Positions 9,664 through 20,541 of a DNA stretch of 55,013 nucleotides are shown piece by piece (position 1 is the stretch's first letter; each line of letters starts with the position of its first letter). Location: contig SFOK01000001.1 in assembly GCA_004552395.1 (NCBI GenBank), forward strand, positions 1 through 55,013, written 5' to 3'. The position numbers and the translations under genes were made by a program. The notes below the pieces were generated by a model that saw nothing but the letters and a program-made list of their open reading frames with translations, searched no databases and was not told the origin of the DNA. The DNA comes from Bacteroidales bacterium. GTDB taxonomy: Bacteria > Bacteroidota > Bacteroidia > Bacteroidales > Muribaculaceae.

Positions 9664-10965
9664 TTACCGATTCGTGTCGGTCGCGGAGCGCATACGGCCT
9701 ATGAGGTTGAGGTAGGCGCAGGCCACCTTCTCGCCCGAAAAACGTCCGGCCGATTCGCGCAGGTGAGTATGCAGCTTTTCAGGAATGGCCCTCAGAAGCG
9801 TTTTAAGGCCCTCTGAGAGCGCCGAAGCGTATGAGTGGTATAGTTTATCATCCGGACCGTCAAATGCCGCCAGGGAACCTGAAAACGCGTCGGACGGCGA
9901 AATGATATCTTCCTGCCCTCCGCTGCGGAAGGCTACGGGGAGCGCACCGCAGGCCTGACCCTCGGCGAGAGTGTAGCCCCAGCTCTCGTAGCGGCTGGGG
10001 GAGAGGAGCAGGTGGGAGCGGCTGAGTATGCCGGCGAGATCGTCGGCGCTGACCGTGCCTGTGTGGGTATGGCTCACGGGTATATCGCGCAGCGCGTCGG
10101 GGTCGCGGAGAGAGCCGCAGAAGGTGATATGGAGCCTTGAGGCCAAAGCGGGTTCCTTGTCGGCAAGGATGCGGAGGGCACCGGCGAGTATGTCGAGCCC
10201 TTTCACAGTCTCGTCGAGACGCGCGGCGGCCATCACGGCCTCTATCGGGGCGCCCGAGGCGAGGTCGGCCTTCCGGAGAGGGAGGGCGCAGAGTTTCCCG
10301 ACAGGGAGCGGGTTGGGGATCACCTCCACGGGGAGGCCGCGCAGCAGCGACGAGGCGGCGCATTTGCGGCGGAGCCATTCGCTCACGGCCACGAAACGTA
10401 TTCGGCCCTGCGAGTAGAGGGCCGCCTTGCGGCGCTGAGTGCGTGTGGAGAGGTCGGCTTTGCCGCGGCGCGGGGCGCAGGCACCCAGGAGCGGACACGA
10501 TTCGCAGCGGGTCTCGAAGCGGTGGCATGTGGCGGCGTGGTGGCATATCCCGGTGGCGCACCACATATCGTGCATGGTCTGGATCACCGGCTTGCCGAGC
10601 GCGGCGATGCGCTCCGTCTCACGCAACGAGAGCATCCCCTGATTGGTCCATCCCAGGAGTATGGCGTCGGCCTCACTGACGAGCGGATGGCGGTGCAGCG
10701 GCAGACCCACAGAGGCGGAGTCCACGGCGAAGAGGTTGCGGCGGCTGAGTCCGTTGTTGAAGAATATGCCGAGGCGGTCGGCGAGGAAGGCTGTTTTCAC
10801 GCGCCGGGTCGGCTGCCATAGTTCCACGAAAGGTGAGTCGGAAAGTTTCTCCGCCGTGAGCATACGGGCGTCCTCGCCCTGAGCGCGCATAGCCTCCAGG
10901 AGACGCATGGAAGCCACTGCCGCGCCTCCGCGCAGGTCGCTGCGGTTTATTATCAGTATTCTCAT
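9664..10965 (-). CDS. Glycosyltransferase family 4 (GT-B, WcaC-like)
   Basis: SDLRGGAA, TMHDMWCATGICHH, FVAVSEWL, PSRYESWGYTLAEGQACG (E-x7-E motif). Confidence 0.88.
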   Translation of the reverse strand: MRILIINRSDLRGGAAVASMRLLEAMRAQGEDARMLTAEKLSDSPFVELWQPTRRVKTAFLADRLGIFFNNGLSRRNLFAVDSASVGLPLHRHPLVSEADAILLGWTNQGMLSLRETERIAALGKPVIQTMHDMWCATGICHHAATCHRFETRCESCPLLGACAPRRGKADLSTRTQRRKAALYSQGRIRFVAVSEWLRRKCAASSLLRGLPVEVIPNPLPVGKLCALPLRKADLASGAPIEAVMAAARLDETVKGLDILAGALRILADKEPALASRLHITFCGSLRDPDALRDIPVSHTHTGTVSADDLAGILSRSHLLLSPSRYESWGYTLAEGQACGALPVAFRSGGQEDIISPSDAFSGSLAAFDGPDDKLYHSYASALSEGLKTLLRAIPEKLHTHLRESAGRFSGEKVACAYLNLIGRMRSATDTNR

Positions 10966-11001
10966 GGGTGGCGGATTGGGGGGGGTATATTGTGCTGATG
11001 T

Positions 11002-11517
11002 TCAGCGGTTGACGCAGCGCAGGGTGCGGTGCTGATAGGTGAGCCCCGACTTGGGGTCGGTCACCGGGGCCGACTCTTCGGCTATCTCCCACTCGCCATC
11101 GAGTATCTCGGGGAAGAACGTGTCGGCCTGCGGGAAGTCGGCGTCCACGAACGTGAGGTCGATGGTGTCGGCATATCCGACAGCTTCCCGATAGACCGAT
11201 GCTCCGCCGATGATGAAGATCTTTTCGGCCCCTGTCTGTGCGGCTATCTCGAACGCTTCCGGGAGCGACGAGGCGAGACGGGCACCCGGTGCATTGTAGT
11301 TGCTGTTGCGGCTTATGACTATGTTGTCGCGGCCGGTTAGCGGCTTTTTGGGAAGCGACTCCCAGGTCTTGCGGCCCATCACCACCGGATATCCCATGGT
11401 GAGCTCCTTGAAACGGCGCAGGTCGCCGCTGAGATGCCAAAGCAGGTCGCCGCCGGCGCCTATCTCGCGGTTGCGGCCTGTGGCAACGATTATGATTGTC
11501 TGAGGGATAGAGTGCAT
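11002..11517 (-). CDS. folA: Dihydrofolate reductase
   Basis: IG..GDLLWHLSGDLRRFKELT, VMGRKTWES, IFIIGGASVY, ADTFFP; ATG at 11517 preferred over the upstream extension. Confidence 0.95.
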   Translation of the reverse strand: MHSIPQTIIIVATGRNREIGAGGDLLWHLSGDLRRFKELTMGYPVVMGRKTWESLPKKPLTGRDNIVISRNSNYNAPGARLASSLPEAFEIAAQTGAEKIFIIGGASVYREAVGYADTIDLTFVDADFPQADTFFPEILDGEWEIAEESAPVTDPKSGLTYQHRTLRCVNR

Positions 11518-11552
11518 GGCTTCAGTGTCGGTGTTTTTGGAAGGGCGGGTGA

Positions 11553-11620
11553 GAGGCGAGGAATGCCGCCTATTCTGAGGCGAGGGATGCTGCCTGTCAT
11601 GAGGCGAGGGATGCAGCTTG
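11553..11620. repeat. Imperfect 24-bp tandem repeat, about 3 copies, between thyA and folA
   Basis: GAGGCGAGG(A/G)ATGC.. units starting at 11553, 11577 and 11601. Confidence 0.7.
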
Positions 11621-11643
11621 CTCAAAGGTTTCGCTGGGAGGGT

Positions 11644-12438
11644 TCAGACGGAGACCTTGCCGGATATGGCGGGCCAGGGGTCGTAGCCTTCCACTGCGAT
11701 ATCGTCGTAGTCGAAGGCGAAGATATCCTTTTTATCGGGGTTGAGCCGGAGGCGGGGGAGTGGCCGAGGCTCGCGCGAGAGCTGCAGCTTCACCTGATCG
11801 AGGTGGTTGAGGTAGATGTGGGCGTCGCCGAGAGTGTGGATGAACTCGCCGGGCTCGAGGTCCGCGCACTGCGCCATCATGTGGGTGAGCAGGGCGTAGG
11901 AGGCTATGTTGAAAGGTACGCCGAGGAAGCAGTCAGCGCTACGCTGATAAAGCTGGCAGGAGAGCCGGCCGTCGCAGACATAGAACTGGAAGAGGGCGTG
12001 GCAGGGCGGGAGCGCCATGTTGGGAAGGTCGCCCGGGTTCCATGCCGACACAATGATGCGGCGCGAGTCGGGGTTGTGGCGTATGTCGTGGAGCGCCTGA
12101 GCTATCTGGTCCAGATGTGATCCGTCGGGAGCGGGCCACGAGCGCCACTGATAGCCGTAGATATGGCCGAGGTCGCCGTCGGGCGCGGCCCATTCATTCC
12201 AGATCCTCACGCCGTGCCTCTGGAGCCAGTGAGCGTTGGTGTCGCCGCGCAGGAACCAGAGCAGCTCGTAGATCACGCTTTTGAGGTGCACCTTCTTGGT
12301 GGTGAGCAGCGGGAAACCGTCGGCCAGATTGAAACGCATCTGATAGCCGAATGTGGATATGGTGCCTGTGCCTGTGCGGTCTTCCTTGCGGTGGCCGTCG
12401 GCGAGGATATGGCGGAGTAGGTCGAGATAAGTCTGCAT
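11644..12438 (-). CDS. thyA: Thymidylate synthase
   Basis: [45 protein letters not shown]; 264 aa from ATG 12438. Confidence 0.98.
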   Translation of the reverse strand: MQTYLDLLRHILADGHRKEDRTGTGTISTFGYQMRFNLADGFPLLTTKKVHLKSVIYELLWFLRGDTNAHWLQRHGVRIWNEWAAPDGDLGHIYGYQWRSWPAPDGSHLDQIAQALHDIRHNPDSRRIIVSAWNPGDLPNMALPPCHALFQFYVCDGRLSCQLYQRSADCFLGVPFNIASYALLTHMMAQCADLEPGEFIHTLGDAHIYLNHLDQVKLQLSREPRPLPRLRLNPDKKDIFAFDYDDIAVEGYDPWPAISGKVSV

Positions 12439-12448
12439 GGGCTTGGGA

Positions 12449-13537
12449 TCAGATATATTTTTCGCCGAAACGTGTCCTGACATCGTTGACCACGCGGCGT
12501 ATCTCCTGCTCCTTCTCGAGCGGATAGATGAGGAGGGCGCCGTCGTTTTCGGCCACGATATAATTGTCGAGTCCGCTGGCCACAATGATCTTGTCGCCGT
12601 TGACAGCGAACACCGAGTTGTGGCAGTCTTCGGCCAGGAGTTTGCAATTTTGCGTGACGTTGCCTTCGCGGTTGCGGGGCGAGGCTTCGTGGAGCGCTTT
12701 CCAGGAGCCGAGGTCGGACCATCCCAGATCCACGGCGATCATATAGACATTGGAGGCCTTCTCCATTATGGCGTAGTCGATCGAGATGGAGGGCGCGTTG
12801 GGGAACTCGCGGTCTATGAATTCGTTCTCGGCCGGAGTGGCATAGACCTTCTCGCCGGGCTCGAAGATCTCCGAGATCTCCGGAGCGTAGCGTGCGAAGG
12901 CTTTGAGGATGCTGCGGGCTGTCCAGATGAAGATACCGGAGTTCCAGAAGAAGTCGCCGCTCTCCAACAGGAGGCGGGCCATCTCCAGATTGGGTTTTTC
13001 GGTGAAGGATTTCACTTTCATCACATCGGGATCGTCGGCGCAGGGGAGTCCGCGCTGTATGTAGCCGTAGCCGGTCTCGGGGCTCTTGGGCGTGATACCG
13101 AGGGTGAGGAGCGCGTCGTGGCTCTCCACGAACCTGAGCCCTTCGCTCATGACGCGCAGAAACTCCTGCTCGTTGAGGATCAGATGGTCGCTCGGCAGGG
13201 TTATGATGGAGGCGTCCGGGTCGAGAGCGTAGATATGATGGGCTGCCCAGCAGACACACGGCGCCGTGTTGCGGCGGGCCGGCTCGAAAAGTATGTTCTC
13301 CTCGGGTATCTCGGGAAGCTGGGTGCGGATGAGGTCGCGGTAGCGGTCGTTGGTGACCAGGATGATGTGGGAGTGGGGTATATGCGGGAGCACACGGTTC
13401 ACTGTCATCTGGAGGAGCGAGCGTCCGGTGCCGAAGAAGTCGAGGAATTGTTTAGGCATGTTGGTGCGGCTGAAGGGCCAGAAGCGCGACCCTACGCCTC
13501 CGCACATAATCACACAGTAGCGATGATTGGTTTCCAT
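12449..13537 (-). CDS. manC: Mannose-1-phosphate guanylyltransferase
   Basis: [66 protein letters not shown]. Confidence 0.93.
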   Translation of the reverse strand: METNHRYCVIMCGGVGSRFWPFSRTNMPKQFLDFFGTGRSLLQMTVNRVLPHIPHSHIILVTNDRYRDLIRTQLPEIPEENILFEPARRNTAPCVCWAAHHIYALDPDASIITLPSDHLILNEQEFLRVMSEGLRFVESHDALLTLGITPKSPETGYGYIQRGLPCADDPDVMKVKSFTEKPNLEMARLLLESGDFFWNSGIFIWTARSILKAFARYAPEISEIFEPGEKVYATPAENEFIDREFPNAPSISIDYAIMEKASNVYMIAVDLGWSDLGSWKALHEASPRNREGNVTQNCKLLAEDCHNSVFAVNGDKIIVASGLDNYIVAENDGALLIYPLEKEQEIRRVVNDVRTRFGEKYI

Positions 13538-13670
13538 AGCGGGAGAATTATTGGGTAGTACAGTCGGTTGAGTATCGTGGTTTTTCGGTGTCGCGGAGCG
13601 GTGAACGCTTTGCGGGTTTCTGTTGCGGGGGCGCCGGCAGGGAACGGGCTCTAAGGGACGGCACGTGGCG

Positions 13671-15458
13671 TCACACGGCCGCGGGGGCTTTGAACTGATG
13701 CTTGACGCCCTCCACCACATTGAGGATGAAGTCGCCGAGCTTCTCGGCCTCGCCCACGAGATCCATGAAGAAGATACCCTCCTGATAGTCGTATTCGTGG
13801 TTGTTGATATTGTCTATGTTGGCGTCGCGCAGTTTGTTGCGGTAATTGTTGATTTCGCGCTCCTTGTTGTAGGCGTTGATCACGAGCTGCGGCTGCGGGT
13901 TCTCCATCTCCTTGAGCAGGGCCATGAGGTTGTCCATGGCGCCGTTCACGAGGGTGAACATCTTGTTGAGCTCCTTATGGATACCTTCGTTGAAGTGCAC
14001 CTTGACCTGATTCTTGCGCGACAGGGTCTTGGCTATGTTGAAGCAGCTGTCGGCTATCGATTCTATCTCGCTGATTATGCGCAGCATGCCCGAGACACGC
14101 AGTTTCGACTCGGGGCTGAGGCGCCCCTCGGCCAGCTGATTGAGGAATTTGCCTATCTCGATCTCCATGCGGTCCGAGATATCCTCATACTTGGCTATAC
14201 GGTTGAAGGTCTCCTGATACTCGTCGGTGTCGGCCTTGGTGTTGACGAGCTTCTCGGCCATGCCGAGCATGCGGTTCACACGCTCGCCGTAGAGCACTAT
14301 CTCCTCCTGGGCCTGTGTGATGTTGAGCTCCGATGCGGAGAGGAGTCCCCGGCCTATATACTTGAGCGTAAACTCCTCGTTCTGCTCGCTGTGCTTGGCC
14401 GGAATGATCCAGCAGACAATCTTCACATAGAGCTTGGTGAACCATATCATCACAAGCAGGTTGAGCGTGTTGAATACTGTGGGGAACATGGCCAGGCCGA
14501 AGGCTATTGAGCTTTGGGCGGCCGCCGTGATCCCGCCCTCGGGATTGAGAAGCGTGGAATTGGCGAGCTGACGGTCCTGAGCAGCCGATATGTCGGTGGG
14601 ATTGATGCCGGTGCACCCCTGCGTGATGTCGGCCACAAGCGCCACGAACGGCGCGAATATGAACAAGACGATCACCGATCCCAGTACATTGAACAAGACA
14701 TGACCCATGGCCGTGCGTTTGGCCGCGAGATTACCGCTCATAGAGGCCAGGATAGGTGTGATGGTCGTACCGATGTTGCCGCCCAGGATTATGGCGCATC
14801 CCAGAGTGAACGGTATCCATCCCTGCGAGCACATGATCAGCGTGATGGCGAATGTGGCGGCCGACGACTGCGCAACCATTGTCAGCACAATGCCCACGAA
14901 GAAGAATATCAGCACCGAGCCGTAGCCCATCGAGGTGTAGTTCTGCAGGAACTCGAGCATCTGCGGGTTCTGCTGCAGGTCAGGCACATACTTGCTGATG
15001 AGGTCCAGACCCATGAACAGGAAGCAGAAGCCTATCAGGAACTCGCCCAGCGACTTATACGTGCTCTTCTTCATGAAAAGCATCGGCACGCCTATGGCGA
15101 GCATCACTATGGAATAGTCGGAAATCGATACCTCGAAGCTGAAAGCGGATATGATCCAGGTAGTCACCGTGGTGCCCACATTGGCGCCGAAGATTACGGC
15201 CATGGCCTGGCTCAGACTCATCAGACCGGCGTTCACGAAGCTGACCACCATCACCGTGGAAGCCGAAGAACTCTGAATGAGCGCTGTGATCAGGATGCCG
15301 GTGAGCACGCCTGTGAAGCGGTTTCTGGTCATGATGCCGAGGATGGTACGCAACCGGTCGCCGGCAACTTTCTGCAGGCCTTCGCTCATCACCTTCATGC
15401 CGTAGAGAAAAAGTCCGACGGCGCCCAACAGGCTGATGAAATCAATGATAGAATACAT
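13671..15458 (-). CDS. Na+/phosphate cotransporter family protein with PhoU-like C-terminus
   Basis: Duplicated QSSSA..GANVGTT and QSSAA..GGNIGTT repeats; helical soluble C-terminus. Confidence 0.92.
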   Translation of the reverse strand: MYSIIDFISLLGAVGLFLYGMKVMSEGLQKVAGDRLRTILGIMTRNRFTGVLTGILITALIQSSSASTVMVVSFVNAGLMSLSQAMAVIFGANVGTTVTTWIISAFSFEVSISDYSIVMLAIGVPMLFMKKSTYKSLGEFLIGFCFLFMGLDLISKYVPDLQQNPQMLEFLQNYTSMGYGSVLIFFFVGIVLTMVAQSSAATFAITLIMCSQGWIPFTLGCAIILGGNIGTTITPILASMSGNLAAKRTAMGHVLFNVLGSVIVLFIFAPFVALVADITQGCTGINPTDISAAQDRQLANSTLLNPEGGITAAAQSSIAFGLAMFPTVFNTLNLLVMIWFTKLYVKIVCWIIPAKHSEQNEEFTLKYIGRGLLSASELNITQAQEEIVLYGERVNRMLGMAEKLVNTKADTDEYQETFNRIAKYEDISDRMEIEIGKFLNQLAEGRLSPESKLRVSGMLRIISEIESIADSCFNIAKTLSRKNQVKVHFNEGIHKELNKMFTLVNGAMDNLMALLKEMENPQPQLVINAYNKEREINNYRNKLRDANIDNINNHEYDYQEGIFFMDLVGEAEKLGDFILNVVEGVKHQFKAPAAV

Positions 15459-15545
15459 GGATCAAAAGTAAGTTCGTGACTATGAACATGTTCGGCTTCG
15501 GGAGAGCGAGCGGGGAGCGGACGGCGCGCGTCCCTCCTTATTGCG

Positions 15546-15553
15546 CAAAATTA
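15546..15553 (-). promoter_or_regulatory. Bacteroidetes -7 element for the Na/Pi-manC-thyA-folA-GT run
   Basis: TAATTTTG on the minus strand about 90 nt upstream of the ATG. Confidence 0.55.
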
Positions 15554-15692
15554 ATGTAAATTTTTTATATAGCCAAGTACTTGGCGCTCTTTCCGCAACA
15601 GTTCCCTCGACTCTGAAGAGTCTGAAGTTTCCGCGGCTCTTTCCCCGCTCGGCTGTTTCCGGCCCCTCGCCGCCCTCAGCTTATCCGCTTAG

Positions 15693-15740
15693 GACCTGTC
15701 TGACCTGTCTGACTCGTCTGACTTGTCCGACTTGTCAGAT
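15693..15740. repeat. Degenerate 9-bp tandem repeat, about 5 copies
   Basis: gacctgtct gacctgtct gactcgtct gacttgtcc gacttgtca. Confidence 0.7.
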
Positions 15741-15862
15741 TTCGCCTCACCTGCGACTCACCAGTCGCTTCGGTTGGTCAAATTTCCTCCCCGAAGCAAA
15801 AAAATTGTTCGGGGAGTGCCGGATATTTGGAGAATTGGCCGATTTCGCTTAACTTTGTGGCT

Positions 15863-16666
15863 ATGCGCAGCCTAAAGCACATACGTGTGGTTCTCTCCCT
15901 GCTCTTCTTCTTCGAAGCGGTGGCTTTCATAGTCTGGGGCGTCTCGGCTCCGCGCCATTCACGCGTGGCCTTTCTGGCTCAGGTGCTCCCTTCGTCGATA
16001 TCGGCCACCATGGCCGTGACAGCCTTCTGGCTCGTGATCACCTTTCTTCTTGGCAGGGTCTACTGCTCTACGGTCTGCCCGCTCGGCACGCTGCAGGACA
16101 TCATAATCCGCGGCCGGTGCATGGTGCGCCGCTGCGAGGCCCGTTTCCACTACATCGACCGCAGTCGCCGCCGTTTCCGCCGGCTGCACGTCATCATAAT
16201 CTATATCGCCGTACTGATAGCCGGAGGCACCGCGGCCGCAGCATGGCTCGAGCCCTGGAACTGGTTCGGCAATATGCTCCGCATACCGCGCTATCTCGCC
16301 GCGGGCATGACCTTCGGCGCAGCTCTGGCAATCCTTTCAGCCGTGGTGTTTCTCATCTTCGCCCTGCTGACCGGGCGCGAGTTCTGCAACACGGTCTGCC
16401 CAGTGGGCGCAGGCATGGCCTGTCTTTCCAAAGCCTCCGTGATGCACATAGAGCTCGACCCCGACAAATGCGACTCCTGTCTGAAATGTGAGGAACTGTG
16501 CAAAGCCAGGTGCATCTCGATCAAAGACCGGCGGATCGACAACGCAAGCTGCGTGCGCTGCTTCAACTGCGTGAGTGTCTGCCCCCGCGACGCCATCCGT
16601 TTCCAGTATAACCGCAACAACGCAGCCACGCCACTCTTCCGTTCCTCACGCCGCACCGCAACCTGA
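15863..16666 (+). CDS. Membrane-bound 4Fe-4S ferredoxin-type protein (NapH-like)
   Basis: Two CxxxCP motifs next to TM helices, plus CDSCLKCEELC and CVRCFNCVSVCP; TAACTTTG promoter element at 15850-15857. Confidence 0.85.
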   Translation: MRSLKHIRVVLSLLFFFEAVAFIVWGVSAPRHSRVAFLAQVLPSSISATMAVTAFWLVITFLLGRVYCSTVCPLGTLQDIIIRGRCMVRRCEARFHYIDRSRRRFRRLHVIIIYIAVLIAGGTAAAAWLEPWNWFGNMLRIPRYLAAGMTFGAALAILSAVVFLIFALLTGREFCNTVCPVGAGMACLSKASVMHIELDPDKCDSCLKCEELCKARCISIKDRRIDNASCVRCFNCVSVCPRDAIRFQYNRNNAATPLFRSSRRTAT

Positions 16667-16834
16667 TCCCCCCTCACCGAACTGCCGCATAATCTCAGGA
16701 TTTTCAGTTACTCTCAGTCTCCCGTATAAATTCATGCGGGCCGCTATGACTGCGCAGCGGCAGAACCAGCCGGGCAGAAAAAAAGCCCCTGCGCCACAGT
16801 CATGACGCAAGGGCCGTAAATAACATCACGGTTT

Positions 16835-16875
16835 AAAAGCATCAAAGGCGGAGCCCGGAAGCTTCGCCTTTGGTG
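16835..16875 (-). terminator. Intrinsic terminator of fabF
   Basis: Minus strand CACCAAAGGCGAAGC-loop-GCTCCGCCTTTGATG followed by CTTTT. Confidence 0.7.
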
Positions 16876-16912
16876 GTATTGGAGTCGGGGTAAGGTCCCG
16901 CGCTTTGCGGTA

Positions 16913-18175
16913 TTACTCCTCGTATTTCTTGATGATCAACGCTGCGTTGTGGCCGCCGAAGCCGAATGTGTTGCTCAGGGCGGTCTTGATGTCGCGCTTC
17001 TTCGCCTTGTTGAACGTGAAGTCTATTCTGTAGTCGATCTCGGGATCTTCATCGCCCTCCTCGTGGTTGATGGTGGGAGGTATGATACCCTCGTTGATCG
17101 CCTTCACGCAAAACAGTGCCTCGATAGCACCGGCGGCGCCGAGGAGGTGGCCGGTCATCGACTTGGTGGAGCTGAGGCTCATGTTGTAGACATGGTCACC
17201 GAACACCTTCATGATACCCTTGATCTCGCCGCGGTCGCCCACAGGTGTGGAGGTGCCGTGTGTGTTGATATAGTCTATATCTTCGGGCTTCATGCCTGCG
17301 TCCTTGAGAGCGTTCTCCATCACGAGCTGCGCGCCCAGGCCTTCGGGATGAGTGGCTGTGATGTGGTAAGCGTCGGCGCTCATGCCGCCGCCGGCTACTT
17401 CGGCGTAGATCTTGGCGCCGCGGGCCTTGGCGTGCTCAAGCTCTTCGAGCACAAGCGCTGCGGAACCTTCGCCGATGATGAAGCCGTCGCGCGAGCCGCT
17501 GAAGGGGCGCGATGCTTTCTCGGGCTCTTCGTTGCGGGTGGAGAGCGCCTTCATGGAGTTGAAGCCGCCCACACCGGCCGGATATATGGCTGCTTCGGCG
17601 CCGCCTGCCACAATGGCGTCGGCCATGCCGAGACGCACATAGTTGAAGGCGTCGATCAGCGCGTTGTTCGATGATGCGCAGGCCGATACGATGCCGAAGT
17701 TCGGGCCGTGGAATCCATGCTCGATCGAGATGTGGCCGGCTGCTATGTCGGCGATCATCTTGGGGATGAAGAAGGGATTGTATTTGGGGCCGTTCTCGGC
17801 GTGCTGGGCGTAATAGCCTGCTTCTTCCTCGAACGTATGGAGGCCGCCGATACCGGCGGCAAAGATTACGCCAATCCGGTTTTTGTCGGCACTCCCTTCT
17901 TCGATTTTGGAATCGGCGATAGCCTCGTCGGCCGCTACCATGGCATACATGGCGTAGAGGTCGAGCTGGCGCGCGAGCTTGCGGTCAAAATGGTCGGCGG
18001 GGTTGAATCCCTTGACCTCGCATGCGAAGCGGGTCTTGAACAGGGAGGCGTCGAAGTGTGTGATGGGGCCTGCGCCCGAGACACCCTTCTTGGCGTTCTC
18101 CCAGGTAGTCTCCACGTCGTTGCCCAGCGGGGAAACGGTGCCGAGACCGGTGATAACTACTCTTTTTAATTCCAT
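16913..18175 (-). CDS. fabF: 3-oxoacyl-ACP synthase II
   Basis: RVVITGLG, SACAS (catalytic Cys), NTHGTSTPVGD, KSMTGHLLGAAG, SNTFGFGGHN. Confidence 0.97.
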   Translation of the reverse strand: MELKRVVITGLGTVSPLGNDVETTWENAKKGVSGAGPITHFDASLFKTRFACEVKGFNPADHFDRKLARQLDLYAMYAMVAADEAIADSKIEEGSADKNRIGVIFAAGIGGLHTFEEEAGYYAQHAENGPKYNPFFIPKMIADIAAGHISIEHGFHGPNFGIVSACASSNNALIDAFNYVRLGMADAIVAGGAEAAIYPAGVGGFNSMKALSTRNEEPEKASRPFSGSRDGFIIGEGSAALVLEELEHAKARGAKIYAEVAGGGMSADAYHITATHPEGLGAQLVMENALKDAGMKPEDIDYINTHGTSTPVGDRGEIKGIMKVFGDHVYNMSLSSTKSMTGHLLGAAGAIEALFCVKAINEGIIPPTINHEEGDEDPEIDYRIDFTFNKAKKRDIKTALSNTFGFGGHNAALIIKKYEE

Positions 18176-18202
18176 TATTCGGGGAATAAAGTTATTCAGG
18201 AG

Positions 18203-18254
18203 AAAAATAAAGAAAAGCCGGCTTGGACGTAGAGATGCCCGGCACCGGCTTTTT
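18203..18254 (-). terminator. Terminator-like hairpin between acpP and fabF
   Basis: Minus strand AAAAGCCGG...CCGGCTTTT followed by CTTTATTTTT. Confidence 0.6.
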
Positions 18255-18262
18255 TATGGGTC

Positions 18263-18499
18263 TTATTTCTTGTTGTTCTCGATGTAAGCAACAGCGTCGC
18301 CGACAGTAGCGATCTTTTCGGCCTCCTCATCGGGAATTGTCAGACCAAACTCTTTCTCAAATTCCATGATGAGCTCTACGGTGTCGAGTGAATCAGCGCC
18401 AAGATCTTTGCTGAACTCTGCCTGGGGTGTTACTTCGTTCTCGTCCACGCTGAGCTTGTCAACGATGATGGCTTTTACTTTGTCTGCTATTTCTGACAT
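18263..18499 (-). CDS. acpP: Acyl carrier protein
   Basis: [14 protein letters not shown]; 78 aa from ATG 18499. Confidence 0.98.
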   Translation of the reverse strand: MSEIADKVKAIIVDKLSVDENEVTPQAEFSKDLGADSLDTVELIMEFEKEFGLTIPDEEAEKIATVGDAVAYIENNKK

Positions 18500-18847
18500 A
18501 ACTTTTTGGTTTTTATGAAGTTGATAATTTAATTGCATTTTTTCAGACTGCAAAGTAAACAATTATATTTGAATTAAAGAAATTTTTCCGCTATAAACTT
18601 CATCTGAATTGCACAGAAAAATCAAAATTGTGCAGATTTTACCTCCCGAACCACCTTCCCGACTACCGGCAGCTCTCAAAAACTGCTCTTCAACATAATT
18701 CCCTCCTCTCCGCCCTCCTTTTGTGGCTCGCATATTTATACATCCGGTTCCGGTATTTGCCGGTAGGTGCGCACAGCTCATCCGCCGGCCTTCCCGAAGC
18801 CGCTCTCCGTTCTCTCCGCTTCGCTTCCCGCACTCCTCTTCTCTCAT

Positions 18848-18891
18848 CGGCCCTTGTCCGGCCCTTGTCCGGCCCTTGTCCGACCTGTCCG
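18848..18891. repeat. 11-bp tandem repeat, 3 copies plus a degenerate copy
   Basis: cggcccttgtc x3 followed by cgacctgtc. Confidence 0.75.
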
Positions 18892-18926
18892 ATCTCGCCC
18901 TCATTTGCGATCTCACCCTCAATCGC

Positions 18927-18960
18927 AAAAAAAGTTGCCCCGGACGAATCCGGAGCAACC
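18927..18960 (-). terminator. Intrinsic terminator of the OmpA gene
   Basis: Minus strand GTTGCTCCGGA-TTCG-TCCGGGGCAAC followed by TTTTTTT. Confidence 0.85.
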
Positions 18961-19018
18961 TTTGTATCGGTTCTTCACGCTTCCCGCAATCGGGAATGCG
19001 CTCTGTTTTGGGCGTGGT

Positions 19019-20179
19019 TTACTTTGTGGTTGTAGTCTTTGAACCTGCGTCGAGGATGCAGATAGCTACACGGTTCCAGCTCTCCTCGTCGAACATGTGG
19101 CCGATACCCTGGCCCGATGCGTCGATGCGGTTGGCTGCGATGCCGTATTTCTTGATCAGAGACTCTTTCACTGACTCAGCGCGCTGCTTGGCCAGACGCT
19201 CGTTGACATCGAGAGGACCGTCCTGTGAAGCATAACCCTTGATGACTACGGTAGCCTTGGGGTGATTCTTCAGGTATACGGCGATCTGCTCTACGTTGGG
19301 AGCCTGGTCGGGACGGATGTTGTACTTGCCGATGGTGAAGAATACGTAGCGGACTGTCTGATAGAAGTCGGTGGATTCTTTCACAACCTGCGGAGCTTTC
19401 TTGTTGCATGCGTCGAGAGCTGCCTCGAGCTGACGGTTGCGGGCATTGGCCTGGGCAAGAGCGTTGCTGCAGTTGTCGAGGTCGCCGCGAAGCTCGTTGA
19501 TGCGTGCGTTGAGTGCGTCAACTTCACCCTGGTTGTAAGGATCGGTATATGAGAAACCGTCGCCGAGGCGTACGGCTACGCCTGCCATAAGGTTGAAGCA
19601 TGCGCGGTTGGCGTTGTAGGCTGCCGACGACTGATTCACATCGGCATCGCTCATATCCCAGAGCACTGAAGGCGACAGTGAGATTGTCACTCTCTCCGAG
19701 GGATGGAAGTTGAAGTCGAGACCTGCCTTTGTGGCGAAGAAGTTGTGGTCAGCCACAGGCTCGTTCTGGAAGTTGTGGCCCCAGCCGGCACCTGCGCGTA
19801 CTGCCACATCGAATACACGGCCTACTTCGTTGCCGTAGCCGCCGAAGAGCGAATTGAGGTTCACTACTCCGTAAGCGCCCACATAGCTTGCGTCGAAAGC
19901 TGTCTTGCTGTGGATCTGGTTCTGCCAGCTCGAAGTGTTGATTGACCAGTAGCCTTCGATACCGGCGCCATAGATGGGTGTGATCATTTTCTGAAGATCA
20001 AGTCCCACGACTGCGCGCATATCCCCGAAGAAAGCGCCGTGGTTGAGAGGTGTGGCGACACCTGCCTTTACACCCAGCGACATGTTGTCAAAAAATTTAG
20101 GCTGCTGCAGAAGCTGTGCATTTGCTGTAGCCAGACCGCCGATTGCTAAAAGGACGGCCCCGAGTAATAGCTTTTTCAT
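19019..20179 (-). CDS. OmpA family outer membrane protein
   Basis: Signal peptide ending ANA-Q, beta-barrel region, coiled-coil linker, OmpA_C motif (GYAS.DG...N.RLA..RAESVK..L..NRV). Confidence 0.92.
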   Translation of the reverse strand: MKKLLLGAVLLAIGGLATANAQLLQQPKFFDNMSLGVKAGVATPLNHGAFFGDMRAVVGLDLQKMITPIYGAGIEGYWSINTSSWQNQIHSKTAFDASYVGAYGVVNLNSLFGGYGNEVGRVFDVAVRAGAGWGHNFQNEPVADHNFFATKAGLDFNFHPSERVTISLSPSVLWDMSDADVNQSSAAYNANRACFNLMAGVAVRLGDGFSYTDPYNQGEVDALNARINELRGDLDNCSNALAQANARNRQLEAALDACNKKAPQVVKESTDFYQTVRYVFFTIGKYNIRPDQAPNVEQIAVYLKNHPKATVVIKGYASQDGPLDVNERLAKQRAESVKESLIKKYGIAANRIDASGQGIGHMFDEESWNRVAICILDAGSKTTTTK

Positions 20180-20541
20180 AACAGTGAAAAATTGGGTTAA
20201 ATGATAATTCTTGGTGGTTTTTTTATAAGTCTTGCGATAGTTTAACTGATTAGTTAGAGAGAGGTCGGTTAAGAAGGTTTAACCGTAATATTAAAAAATG
20301 TCAGAAAACAGTGCACTTTTCGGGATCTTCACGATTTGCCGCGTCTGCGGTCCCCTTGCGGGGAAGTCACCCGTCAGATATAGCAACAATTATGCGGCCC
20401 GCAAGGTTTCCGGCAGCCGCTCTTTTGCCGTTTTATTCCCACTTTTTGTGCCTTCAGTCGCATTTTTGCTGTTCCCATTCACCTTTCCGCCGGTGCGGCC
20501 GACCCGGAGAGGCCACCGCTCTCAGCACGGGATGCGCCGGT

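Noticed and set aside
11553..11620. 24-bp repeats (and the 33-bp repeat at 38988) as a CRISPR array
   Set aside because: The units are directly tandem with no unique spacers, and no cas genes are present.
19019..20179. OmpA as part of the tubulin/vWA system
   Set aside because: It is about 9 kb away, separated by mutS and other genes, has its own terminator and looks like the ordinary major OmpA.
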